This document shows, one piece after another, positions 31,313 through 42,100 of a stretch of 49,590 nt of DNA. A program made the translations under genes and the position numbers. Source of the DNA: Prasinococcaceae sp. CCMP 1430 (taxonomy: Eukaryota > Plantae > Prasinodermophyta); assembly GCA_013416795.1 (NCBI GenBank), contig RQSC01000030.1:1-49590 (forward strand). The letters are read 5' to 3'. The notes beneath the pieces were generated by a model. That model had not been told where the DNA came from, ran no database searches, and worked only from the letters and a program-made list of their open reading frames with translations. Every line of letters begins with the position of its first letter. Within the stretch, counting starts at the first letter, position 1.

Positions 31313-33227
31313 TCAGCGCATGTCGCTGTGGTAGCGTGGAATGTACCACGAGCGATCGACTGCGTTTCGAACGTCAAGCGGCGCGGGGACGCGAGCGACG
31401 CCTTCCCGTGTTGCGTGCTGCCAAACGGCGACTGTCACTTTGTGTCCGACATTGCACAAGGTCTCAATGGGCGGGTACAGCACGCCGCTCGCAAGCTGCT
31501 CCTCCGACACCGTCCCGGCTACCTCCTTGGCTGCCGCCAAGATCATCCCGTCCGTGATGGTGGTGGCACGCGACAGCGCGACGCCCTTGCCGAGTCCAGG
31601 AAACACGTACATGTTGTTGGACTGTGAGGCCACAAAAGTGTGGCCCTGGTACTCCACCGGTGGGAAGGGCGAGCCCGCCGCGAAGAGCATTTTGCCCCTC
31701 GTCCAGTTGACGGCGTTCTCGTGCGTGATCTCCGCCTTCGTGGTTGGGTTTGAAAGCGGGAAGATGAGCGGCTTGGCGCACGTCGAGCACATCGCCTCGA
31801 TGGCGGCCCGGGTGAAGACAGGCCCAGCGCCCGAGAGGCCGAAGAGCGCGTGCGGCTTGACGTACTTGACGACATCCTCCAGGGTGCCGAGGGGCGGCGT
31901 GCCATCGGTGCGCATGTACGCGCGCTTCCACTCGTTGAGGCCGCTCGCATCCGGGCGCTCGCTCGTAATCAGGCCCTTCGAGTCGCAGACGTATATGTTG
32001 TTCCGGGCCTGCTCATAGCTTGCGCCCGCCTCGCGCATTGCCATGATCAGGTAGCCCGTCACGCCCACTGAGCTCGAGCCCGCGCCGAACATGATCACGC
32101 GCGCTTCTTCCAGGTTTGTGCCCTGCGCCTTCATGCCGTTGATGAAGCCGGCCGTCACCACCGCCGCAGTGCCTTGCACATCGTCGTTGAACATGCGGTA
32201 GCGCCCGCGGTAGCGGTCGAGGTAGCGCAGGGCGTACTCCGTCTGAAAGTCCTCGAATTGCACAATCACGTTCGGCCACTTGGTGGTCACTGCCTCCATG
32301 AAGTCGTCAACGAACTCCATGTGCGCCTCACCGTGTAGCCGCTTGTACTTGAGGCCGAGGTAATGCGGGTCCTTGAGGAGCTCCTCGTTGTCCGTGCCAA
32401 CGTCGAGCTGGATGGGCAGACACGCCTGCGGGTAGAAGCCACCCCCTACAGAATAGAGTTGCAGCTTGCCGATGGGTATGCCCAGGCCGCCCGCGCCGAG
32501 ATCACCCAGGCCGAGGATGCGGCCGCCGTCCGTAACCACGATGATCTCAGGACTTGGGAATGGCCAGTTGTCACAGATCTCGCTGAAGTAGTCGCGGTCG
32601 GCGATGGAGAAGTACATGCCCTGCGACGCGCGGAAGAGGCGTCCATACTCCTGGCACGCCTGTCCAACTGTCGGCGTGTACACGATCGGAAGCAGCTCCT
32701 TCACGTGCTGTTGCAGCGTGCGGAAGAAGAGCGTGGCGTTATGGCCGAGCAGCGAAGACAAGTAGATGTAGCGCTCCAGATCGGAGTTCTTCGCGCGAAT
32801 CTGGTTGATCACGCGGTCGACCTGTGCAGGGGCGCCAGCGGCGGTCGCCGCGGCGGTGGCAGCAGCAGCGGCGGCAACATAGTGGACCCAACCACCTGTC
32901 AGCAATCGATGATTGCGGGAATCGCGTGCGCCGTGCGCGGCGCTGGGCCAGGCCACACCACGCTGCGCTGAGCTGGCCGGCGACGGCGCACGCCGCAGTG
33001 CTCACCTGCTGCTCGAGGTTTTCGACCGCCGGCGGCACGAGGCCGCGCAGGCCAAAGTGTGCACGCGAGTTCGTCTTGAACGCGGTGTCCCGATTGTGCA
33101 GCGGGTCGTGGAGGAGCGCCCATCCCCGGGCGTTGCCGCTGTTGGACCCGCCCCCGCTGCCGCGGGACGCCTGCAAGGCGCCTGACTCGCTGCGCACGCT
33201 CTGGGACCCCGCGTTCATGCCGCCCAT
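31313..33227 (-). CDS. Malic enzyme, probably NADP-dependent; exons 33227-33006 and 32821-31313; 5' end uncertain
   Basis: LLHDPLHNRDTAF, LRGLVPP, LPIVYTPTVGQAC, VVTDGGRILGLGDLG, QFEDF, FNDDVQGTA, FGAGSS, FPLSNPT and NNMYVFPGLG. DSKGL suggests NADP preference (inference). Intron 33005-32822. Confidence 0.93.
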
Positions 33228-33764
33228 CTTCACGAGCTTGGCGCCGGTGCCCGCAGTGGCCTCGCGCACACAGGCGCGGCGCCGCGCCGCGCGCGCCGAG
33301 TGGCGCCAGTGTTAGCGTGTGCGCGAAAAAGTACGCCGCCGCCCGCACACGCAGCGCCGAACTCGCGCGTGCGGCCGGGGGCGCAGGCGATGTTATCACT
33401 CTGTGCCACGAGCAGCTTGGTGCTGTCTGGCGAGAACGCGCGCCCGCGCATCAAAACGAACTGCGCAATGCCCACGCGTGGAATGAGGCTCCCGTGGATA
33501 CTATTGACACAGAAATGCGAACATTTACCGAAGGGCGTGCACGGCGGCGAGCCCCGGCGACGGCGCCCCTCCACACGATGAGAGGGTCCGCGCCAGCCCG
33601 CATCGCATGGTGCGATTGCACTCGAACCTCCCCCGAAGAGGTGTTGGGGTCTGCCATCGCACCCTAAAACTGGGCGAGCGCCGGGACGGCGGCGCGGGGA
33701 CGCGGCGCGCGCGCGCGCCTCGCGCGTTCGGGTCGCGATTCGCGGCGCTTTTAAGGTTACATGA

Positions 33765-33772
33765 TAGGGTTT
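33765..33772 (-). promoter_or_regulatory. Telo-box-like element (AAACCCTA)
   Basis: TAGGGTTT lies in the AT-rich spacer between the divergent malic enzyme and DUF1308 genes. Confidence 0.35.
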
Positions 33773-34109
33773 ATAAATAGTAATTTAAAAAAAAAAAGGA
33801 CAAAACAAAAACAAATCCCCGCGGCCGAATTCGAACCGCTGCGGCGCGCGTCGCGGCGGGGAGCGCGGCGCGTGGGTGCGGGTGGGTGGGGGGTGGGGGT
33901 TGAAGGCTGCGATCGCGCAGGCGCGGCGCCACACCGCGCGCGAGCGGAGGTAAGGGGGGGGCGCGAGCCACGCCCCCGCCTCATCCACCGCGCGCCCGCC
34001 CGCGCACCCGACACAAACGCAAACGCACACGCACAGCCTCCTGCTGTGGGGCGCGACGCCACTGCGCGCGCGCGCGACGCCCCCTCCCACGCGCGGCACG
34101 GGCCTCTGT

Positions 34110-36201
34110 ATGGAGGAGTCAGGGCTGGAACGGGGCGCGGAGGCCGCAGAGGCCTCGAAGGCCGCAGAGGCCTCGAAGGCTGCAGAGGCCTCGAAGGCCG
34201 CAGAGGCCGCGGGCGGTGCGCGCAAGGCGCGCACGCGCGGCCTGCGCGCGCGGGGCGGCGGCGGAGGCGGCGGCGCAGGCGGCATGGCGATCTCCTTGGG
34301 CGGGGCAGCGGAGTACGGCGAGAGCGTTCCCGCGAGCGATGACGACGAGAGCAGCGGCGAGGGGAGGCCGGCGTGTCACGCCGCAGGGGCGGCGCGCGCG
34401 GAGGAACGAGGGCGCACGAAAGCTCTCGCGGCGCGCGCGGAGCGCCTGCGGCGGCTGCGTGACGTGCTGAGCGACCTCGCCGCAGATTCGCCCGGCAGAG
34501 CGCGGCGGGGGCGGGCGCGCGCAGACGGGCTCGCGAGCGAGCGCGGCGTCTCGGACGCGCGAGCGCCGGCGCAAGCGTGTGTGACGCCCGTACCTGCGCG
34601 GACGCCGCAGCGTGGACACGGCAGAGGCTCCGCCTCGCCGGCGCTTTCGCCGGCGATGTGCGCGCTCTCCGCCCGCGGCACACTCAGCCCCACTGAGCTC
34701 GCGGCGGCCTTCGTCACGCACGCCGAAGCGGCGCAGGGCGGCGTGCGTGCGCGCGCGCGCGCGTCGCCGCTGCAGGCGGCGCGCACCCTGAGCCTCTACT
34801 CGGCTCAGAAGACGCGAGAGCAGCACGGGGATGAGGATCAGACGCACGCCATGGCCTCGCAGGCCGGCGGCGATGGGCTGGAGCCGGCGGAACTCCGCGC
34901 GGCGCTCGCTCGTGCGCTCGCGCGCGCCGAGCGCGCGGCCGACGTCGCATACGAGCAGGTGGTTGGCTCGGAGAACAACGTGGCGGGCCTCGAGGCACAG
35001 TGCGTGCGCCCCCGGCCCCACGCTCGCGCGCGGCATGCGCGCGCGCGTGTTCGCGCCTGCGCGCGTTGGGAGTGTGAGTGCCCTTGCGCTGACGCTCAGC
35101 CGCCCGCCCCCCCGCGCGCATAGGCTCTCCGTCGCCGAGGCGCTCGATGCCGCTGGCCTACTACACGCCGTGGAGGCAGGCGTGTCGTCCAAGCCGCTGC
35201 CAGGCGAGGACCTCAAACAGTCGGCGCACGCGTGTGGCGTGGACGTCGTTGCGTGCGGCGGCGGCGCATGGCTCGAGGTGAAGTGGGCGGAGACGGCGCA
35301 CGACGCCGCGCGGCTCGCCGCGCAAGTGAAGGGGTACAAGGCGTGCGCAGCGGCGCGACGCAACTGGGACGCATCGTGGCGGTCGCCGGCGGTGATCGTC
35401 GTGCTCGCGGGCGCGCCGCTCGACGAGCGCGGCGTGGCAGCGCTGCGCGAGGCTGGTGCCGACGCCATTGTGCAGCCCGGTGGGGACGTCACCGCGGCAC
35501 TGCCGCCGCCACCGCCGCCGCCGCGCCGCGCAGTGCTCTGCTTGACGACGCTCTGTGCGCTGGTGTCCTCCATCTCACACGGCGCCGCCGAGCGCGACGG
35601 CCGCACGGGTGCCGAGCACGAGAAGTACGCGTGCGCGCGGGCGGGCGTGACTGCGCGCGTGCGCGTCTGTGTGCCTGCGTGGGCGCGCGCGTGCATGCGT
35701 GTGCCCCCATCCTGACAGCCTCCTTCCCCCCACCCCAACGCCCGCACACGCACATACGCACCAAGGCTTCGCACGCTGCGCGCACGCCGTCCCGAGTGGT
35801 ACGAGTGCAGCGTTGAGGCCGAGCGGCGTGAGCCCATCCTCCCCATTCTCCTCGCCGCACTGGATGGCAAGGAGCTATGGACGACGCGGCACATCATCGG
35901 CGAGTTCGAGCGCGTGGTCGAACGGTCCGCCAGCGTCGCCGAGCGGAAAAGGTGGGAGGAGCTGCGCGCGCGGCTGCGCGTGAGCGACGCGGAGAGCGCC
36001 GTGGCCGTGGCCGTCGCCGAAGAGCGTCTGGCGTCCGGCAATAAGGGCAACGCGAGGAACGCGCGCTCTGTCTTCGCGTGCGCCGACGCGCTGCACGCGA
36101 TGGCGGTTACCGCGAACGCGAAGGCGTACCGCTCGCTCGAGAGCACGGGATTCGCCCTGCCGGCGCTTCTGCACAGGCCGGTGTGGCTGTCAGGAATCTG
36201 A
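34110..36201 (+). CDS. UPF0415/C7orf25-like protein (DUF5614 + DUF1308); exons 34110-34999, 35124-35624, 35766-36201; start uncertain
   Basis: VDVVACGGGAWLEVK, LCLTTLCALVSSISHG, EAERREPILP, KELW, and VFACADALHAMAVTANAKAYRSLESTGFALPALLHRPVWL match the family pattern. Two phase-2 GT-AG introns join three frames. Confidence 0.78.
34143..34208. repeat. 18-nt minisatellite x3.7 encoding (AAEASK)n
   Basis: GCCGCAGAGGCCTCGAAG units counted directly. Confidence 0.9.
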
Positions 36202-36385
36202 TCGAGGCCGCCGACGCGCGCAGGCGCGAGCGCGCCGCGCCGCGCACCCGCATGTACGCATGTGTAGAGTATATGTATGGTCACAGACTTCAAAATTGGA
36301 TCGCACGGCGAGCGCGCGCGCCCGCGCGTGCGAGTTTGTGTGTTGTGTTTGCGTGTGCGTGCGGGGGGCTCGTGGGCGCGGGCGT

Positions 36386-37730
36386 TCAGCGCGCCAGCTT
36401 GGTGCAGAACGCGTCGATGCGGTCGAAGGCCTCGTTGAGCTTCTCGTCCGGCGCGCACACGACGATGCGTGCGAAGCCCGGCGCTGCGAAGGCCGCGCCC
36501 GGCAGAAGCACGACGCCCTCCTCGGCGAGCAGCCTCTGGCAGAAGGCGGTGTCGTCGGCGATGCCCGCCTTGGCGAGGAAGTCGGCGTCGACCCGCACGA
36601 AGAGGTACATCGCCCCCTGCGGTTGCGTGGTCACGCGCAGCGCGCGGCTGGGCATGGCCTCAACGCGGGCGGCGCACAGCGCCGCGCGAGCGCGCAGCGT
36701 CTCGCACGTGTCGGCGAAGAACTCCTCGGGCGTCTCGGCGATAATGCGTGGCAGCGCCGCCTGCACGGGGTGGGCCGTGCCGATGGTGATCTGCGCCATG
36801 CGCTGCAGCGCGAGGACGACCTCGTGCTCGCGCAGCACCCTTTCCGGCGAGTCGTGCACGTTGAGCCAGCCCAGCCGCCAGCCCGGCGCCAGCCAGAGCT
36901 TGGAGAGCGCCCCCACGGAGATGACCGGGCAGCCGCCGCGCACGGCCGCGATGGGCGTGTACGCGTCCCTGCCGTCAAACGCCATGCCCGCGTACACCTC
37001 GTCGGCCACGATGGGCACGCGGGCGTCCTCGCAGAGCGCGCAGAGCTCGCGCAGGTGAGCCTTGCTGTACACGCTGCCTGTCGGGTTGCCCGGGTTGTTG
37101 ACCATCAGGCACGCCGCGCGGTCGCCCAGCGATGCGATGGTCTCGCGCAGCTTGGGTAGGTCGGCCTCCCACCCGCGCTCGGGCAGCAGGTCGTAGTACA
37201 CGGTTTCCGCGCCGACGAAGTCGGCCAGCGTGGCGTACAGCGGGAAGCACGGGCGCGGGAGCAGCACCGCGGACCGCCCGCCGTCCGTGAGCGCCGTCAG
37301 CGCCATCTGCAGCGCCTGCGAGCAGCCGACGGTGATGATCGTCTCATCGGGCCGGAGCGGCTCATCGCCGGGAATGGCGCCGAAGCTGCGCGCGACGGCG
37401 TCGCGCGCGGCCGCCGTGCCACTCGACTCGGCGTAGCCGTCGCCCAGGCCATCGCGGACGGCGTCGGCGAGCGCCGCGCGCGCCTGCGGCGGCGGGCCGA
37501 GCCCCGGGAACGCCGTCGGGTCGCCCTGCGACAGCGAGATGAGCGGCTTGCCCTCGGGCGGCTTGGCCTCCTGTGGCGGCGTGAGGACCGGCGCGCGCGG
37601 TCGCGCCGGATGGGAACGGCGCGAGGCCGGATGGGGGGAAGGGCGGGGGGGTCGAGGGCGTCAGGGGGCGAGTGCGCGCGCCCGGCCGCCGCCGCGCGCC
37701 GGCAGCAGTCGCACATCCGCGCCTCGCGCG
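36386..37730 (-). CDS. TAT: PLP-dependent tyrosine/nicotianamine aminotransferase-like (class I/II); 5'-partial at N gap; intron 37714-37571
   Basis: KPLISLSQGDPT, GYAESSG, TVGCSQAL, LLPRPCFPLY, NNPGNPTGSVY, IVADEVY and GALSKLWLAPGWRLGW (PLP lysine), EEGVVLLPG. Confidence 0.92.
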
Positions 37731-38070
37731 NNNNNNNNNNNNNNNNNNNNNNNNNNNNNNNNNNNNNNNNNNNNNNNNNNNNNNNNNNNNNNNNNNNNNN
37801 NNNNNNNNNNNNNNNNNNNCGGCGCACCGGGCGCGCGCGTGGCGCCGCGCGGCGGCGCGCAACCAACGCCGCAAGGGGCCAACCAAAACATGTACCCACG
37901 GGCGAGCAATTCAATCTTCGGTGCATCCATTGCATCGGATCGGTCGCTGTCGTATCGGTGCTTCCCCAACGTGGCGTTTGGTTTGGAGTGACCTCCTATG
38001 AAAACGCATGGCGGCGCGGAGCGCGCGCGCCCGGCGGATCGGAAGGCTCCTCGCGGTGCCCGGGAGGGGA

Positions 38071-38346
38071 TTATAATCTCCATGCGCGTTGATATGTGTC
38101 CCAAAATTCGTCGGACTTGATCTCGTCCTCGTCGTGCCGTGGTAGGTCACAGCAAAGCGGCCGGCCTCTCTTCCCTCTGTACAGCTTCGTTGTACGTTGT
38201 GCCACGAGTTGAGAGTCACAGAAGTCCCACTGAGGCCGCTGCAGCCGGCACTGCGATAGCCAGTGGCGGAGCCACTGGCACTCAAAACCTCGGTTGTACT
38301 GGGCCACCAGCACGGGGCGGGCGCCCCGTGCTAGGGGTTCGATCCC
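38071..38346 (-). pseudogene. Relic resembling the Exo II region of a DEDDh 3'-5' exonuclease
   Basis: PVLVAQYNRGFECQWL...C....PQWDFCDS resembles VLVAHN..FD..FL...C...P.W...DS. It is bounded by stops, has no ATG, and the catalytic H/N/D positions are altered. Confidence 0.35.
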
Positions 38347-38378
38347 TCACGCTGGGTAGGTAGTCGTTTGTTGGTCCT

Positions 38379-38621
38379 ATGGAGAACCTAACTCCTGAGC
38401 ACAGGGCTGAGCGCCGTGAAGCAAGCGCCGCGGGCATGCGGGCATTTTGGAAGAACCTCACGCCTCATGAGAGGGCGAAGGTCTTCGAAAAGGCGTAGGC
38501 GAAGAAGGTTGTCTGGTGGGAAAACCTCCGGGACGATGAGAAGGAGGCGATCTTCAGGAAGAATGCAGAAAGCAATAGAAAGAGATTGCAGGGCCGGGGG
38601 GGGGCGGGGGGGGGAGCATAG
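38379..38621 (+). pseudogene. ORF relic with three 23-aa repeats (W.NL[T/R]P/D.E[R/K]) interrupted by an in-frame TAG
   Basis: ATG 38379, TAG at 38496-38498 (codon 40), frame resumes to TAG 38619-38621. The 69-nt period is seen directly. Confidence 0.5.
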
Positions 38622-39196
38622 GCAAATAAAGCGTAGGAGTTTTAAGTTACTCGGCAAGCTTTCGTGAGGCTGTCAGGCAGGGCCGGGCGGCCGCACACTT
38701 GGCAGACCCAGCTCGCCGCGCGGGTGTTCATCTCCCGCTCTGTCGGCCGAATTCTCTCTCTGCAGGCCGGCAGCTCCAGTGTGTCGTGGGCGGCGGCGAT
38801 GAGCCCTATCTCCGCCCAGATCACAGCTTGCAGCCGTTGGAGCGCCAGTTGGGCGCGCTCAACGTCCGCGAGCGTCTCTTAATATGTTGTGAATGATGGC
38901 ACACGCTTGGAACACAAAATGAATATGAAAAAAAGAGAGAGGTAAACGGACGGTCTCGTGGGGCAGCTCAATCGACTGTGACGTCCGATGGATTGTTGGC
39001 ATCTATTTCGCACATTGCAATTTGGAACTACCACGACCGCTTTTTATCGTATTTGAAAGCACTCTTTTCATGGTGCGCAAGGGTCCAATTCGGGCGACCA
39101 ATTGGAGATTCGATCGACGTCGGGCCGGGCTCGCTCGCGCGGCGCGAGCGGCCGCGCGGCGCCACAGGCGCGTGCGGCNNNNNNNNNNNNNNNNNN

Positions 39197-42100
39197 TCCT
39201 GGGCGCGCGTGCGCGTCGCCTTCTGCGGCGCGTGCGGATCGGACGCGGCCGAGTGCGCGTGCGCGTGGACGGGAGGGGCGCCGCCTGAGCTGCCGCTCGT
39301 GCCCGGCCACGAGATCGTGGGCATGGTCGAGGAGGCTCCCGGCGACGCGCCGGCCTGGGCCGCCCGCGGCGCGTGGGTGGGCGTCGGGTGCATGGTCGCG
39401 TCGTGCGGCAGCTGCCGGCGGTGCTCGCGCGGGGAGGAGCAGTTCTGCAATCGCGTGGCGTGGACGTACGGCTCGCGGCTCGACGACGACGGCGAGGGCG
39501 CCTGCAGCGATGCCAGCGGTGACAAACCCGCGGCACGCGCGCGCACCACGGGCGGCTTCGCGACCCACGTCGTCGCCGACGTGCGCTTCCTCGTGCCGCT
39601 ACCGGAGGCGGCGTGCGCGTCGCCCTCCGCGCTCGCCGCGACGGCGCCGCTGCTGTGCGCCGGCGCGACCGCGTACTCGGCCCTGAAGGCGCAGGGGCTG
39701 CTCGACGCGGGCAGCGGACGACGCGCGGCGGTGGTGGGCCTCGGCGGCGTTGGCCACCTCATGGTGCGCCTGCTCGCCTCCGTGCGTGGGGCAGACGCCG
39801 TGGCCGTCGTGTCGCGCGCACGCGCGAAGGAGGCCGAGGCGCGGGCCCTCGGCGCGGGCGAGTTCATCGAGCTGGGCGGCGAAACGAGCCCGTCCGCTGG
39901 CACCTTTGACGTGGTGTTCGACACCGCATCGGGCGACCACGACGTGGAGGCGCTGCTCGAACTCCTCGACGTCGGCGGCACGCTCGTCCAGGTGGGCCTG
40001 CCCCCGGGGGGTCTCACGCTGTCGCCCTTCGCGCTGCCCGCGCGGCGCCTGTCCGTGCAGGGCACCTTCATCGCGGGCGTCGCGGAGACTGCCGAGGCGG
40101 TGCGCGAATTCGTGTCGCGTGGCATCCTGCCCAGCGTCGACGTGATCCCAGCCACCGCGGAGACCGCGTCGGAGGTGCTCCGCCTCCTCTCGTGCGGGGA
40201 GGGTGGCGCCAGGCGCTACGTCCTCGACATGGCGCCGCTGCATGAGGTCCACGGCGCGAACGAGCTCAGAGCGGCGACCGGGGCGCCGTGGCACGACGGT
40301 GCGCGTGCTCGAGCCCTGGGCGTCTGCCGCGGCGTGCGCGGCTCGCTCTGGCCCGCAGGCGGCGCGGACAGCGTTCACGAGGCCTTCTTCCGGGCGGCCG
40401 AGCGCTGGCCCGACGCCCCGGCACTGGCATCGCCGCTCGAGGCGCGAATGACATACCGCGAGTTGGCCGCGAGCGCGCGAGCGCTCGCCGCGCACTTGCG
40501 CGAGGTCGCGGGCGGTCGCTTGGCGGTGGCCGCTGCCGCGGGGCGCACGCCCGTGGCTGCGTGCATGTTGCCCTCCTGCGGCGTGCGGATTTGCGCCTAC
40601 TTTGCGACGCTCGCTGCTGGTCTGGCGTACTGCCCGATCGAAATCGGCCATCCTGAGGCCACCGCGAGGACGCTGCTCGCCGCCGTCGACGCGACTGTGT
40701 TCGTCGCCGCGCCCTCGCTTGCGTCCCTCGCGCCAGAGGGCATTCCGACCGTGGCGCTCACCTGGGAGAGCGTGGAAGGTCTCCGTGGCGGCGCGGCGCT
40801 CCCGCCTCCCGCGAGCAACGCTGTCGCGCACGTGGTGTTCACGAGCGGCTCAACCGGCACGCCCAAAGGCGTCGTGTGTGCGCACGCGGGCTCACTCGCC
40901 TCGCATGCGTGGCGACACGCGCTGCAGCCCTACAGGCCAGGCGACGTGGTGGCGAGCTGCATCTTCGGCATTTGGGACGCCGTCGGTGCGCTGCTGCACG
41001 GCGCGTCGGTGGCGCCTGTCGCCGAGGAGACGCTGCGGTCGCCGCGCGTTTTGGGACTCTTCATGCTGCGCGCGCGCTGCAACCGCATCATGATCACCCC
41101 GTCGCTGCTCGGCCACGCGCTGTGTGACACGGTGTGCTTGGCAGCGCTGCGCGCCTGCACGGCGGTCGTCACGTGTGGCGAGCCGCTCCCACAGACGATG
41201 GCTGCGCAGGCCATGAGCGCGCTCTCAGATGACGGCTGCGGTGCATCTGAAGGGCGCAGCCTGATGAATCTATACTCGTGCGCCGAAACGCACGATGTCG
41301 CAGCGGAAGTCGCCCGGCTCAGCGGCGCCGTGGGCGCCGCAGAAGTGACCAGCACTGCAGAGCGCCTCGCCACTGTCGGCGTGGTGGCACCGCACGCCGA
41401 AGTTCTCGTGATGCGGTCGTTGGAACCACCAGTGCTGGCAGGCGTTGGCGAGGAGGGCGAGGTGGTCGTCACCGGCGATCTCACACTCGCGAGCGGCTAC
41501 TACAACCAGGACGACGGAGGCGTGAGCGCCAAAGGGCGCTTCTTCGACCTGGACGGCGTACGGGCGTATTCCACGGGTGATCGCGGCGCGCTCCGCGAAG
41601 ACGGCCGACTGGCCATTAGCGGCCGCGACGAGCAAACCGCGGTGGCGAACGTGCGAGGTCACACAGTGTCGCTGCTGGACGTCGAGCACGCGCTGCGCGC
41701 GGTGGGAGCGCTGCAGGCCGTGGCCGCCGTCGCGCCCGACGCGAAGGGCCGCGACGTTGTCGTCGCGCTCGTGCCACCCGGGGTCGAACCGCCTGCGGAG
41801 GAGCTCCTTGCGCGCCTCAAGACTGAGGGCACGCTACCATCTGCGGCGATGCCAGCGCGCGTGCTCGTGACGGACAGCCCGCTCGTGTCGAGTGCCTCGG
41901 GCAAGGCCGACCGCACCGCCGCGCGCGCGCTGGCCGCGAAGATGCTGAAGAGCGAGGCGGCGCTCTCACGCGGCGCGCTCAACGGCGCGCCCGAGGCGAC
42001 GTCGAGCGAGGGGGAGCTCGCCGAGGCTGTGCGTTGCGCCATCGTCGACGAGCTGGGCTGTGACGCTGGGCTGGACTCGGACTTTTTTGAGCTGGGAGGG

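Noticed and set aside
33602-33645. Hairpins (ATCGCA/TGCGAT; ACCTC-TTCGGGG-GAGGT) and a GGTTCGAG T-loop-like word on the minus strand
   Set aside because: No cloverleaf, D-arm, Sm site or riboswitch core could be built. Short stems are common at this GC.
14770-34208. Tandem repeats as a CRISPR-like array
   Set aside because: All are head-to-tail coding minisatellites without spacers, in a eukaryotic genome.
38978-39178. First about 65 aa of the 1510-aa ORF
   Set aside because: GTG start in AT-rich, promoter-like DNA, and frame continuity depends on the 18-N gap being exact. The true start is unresolved.
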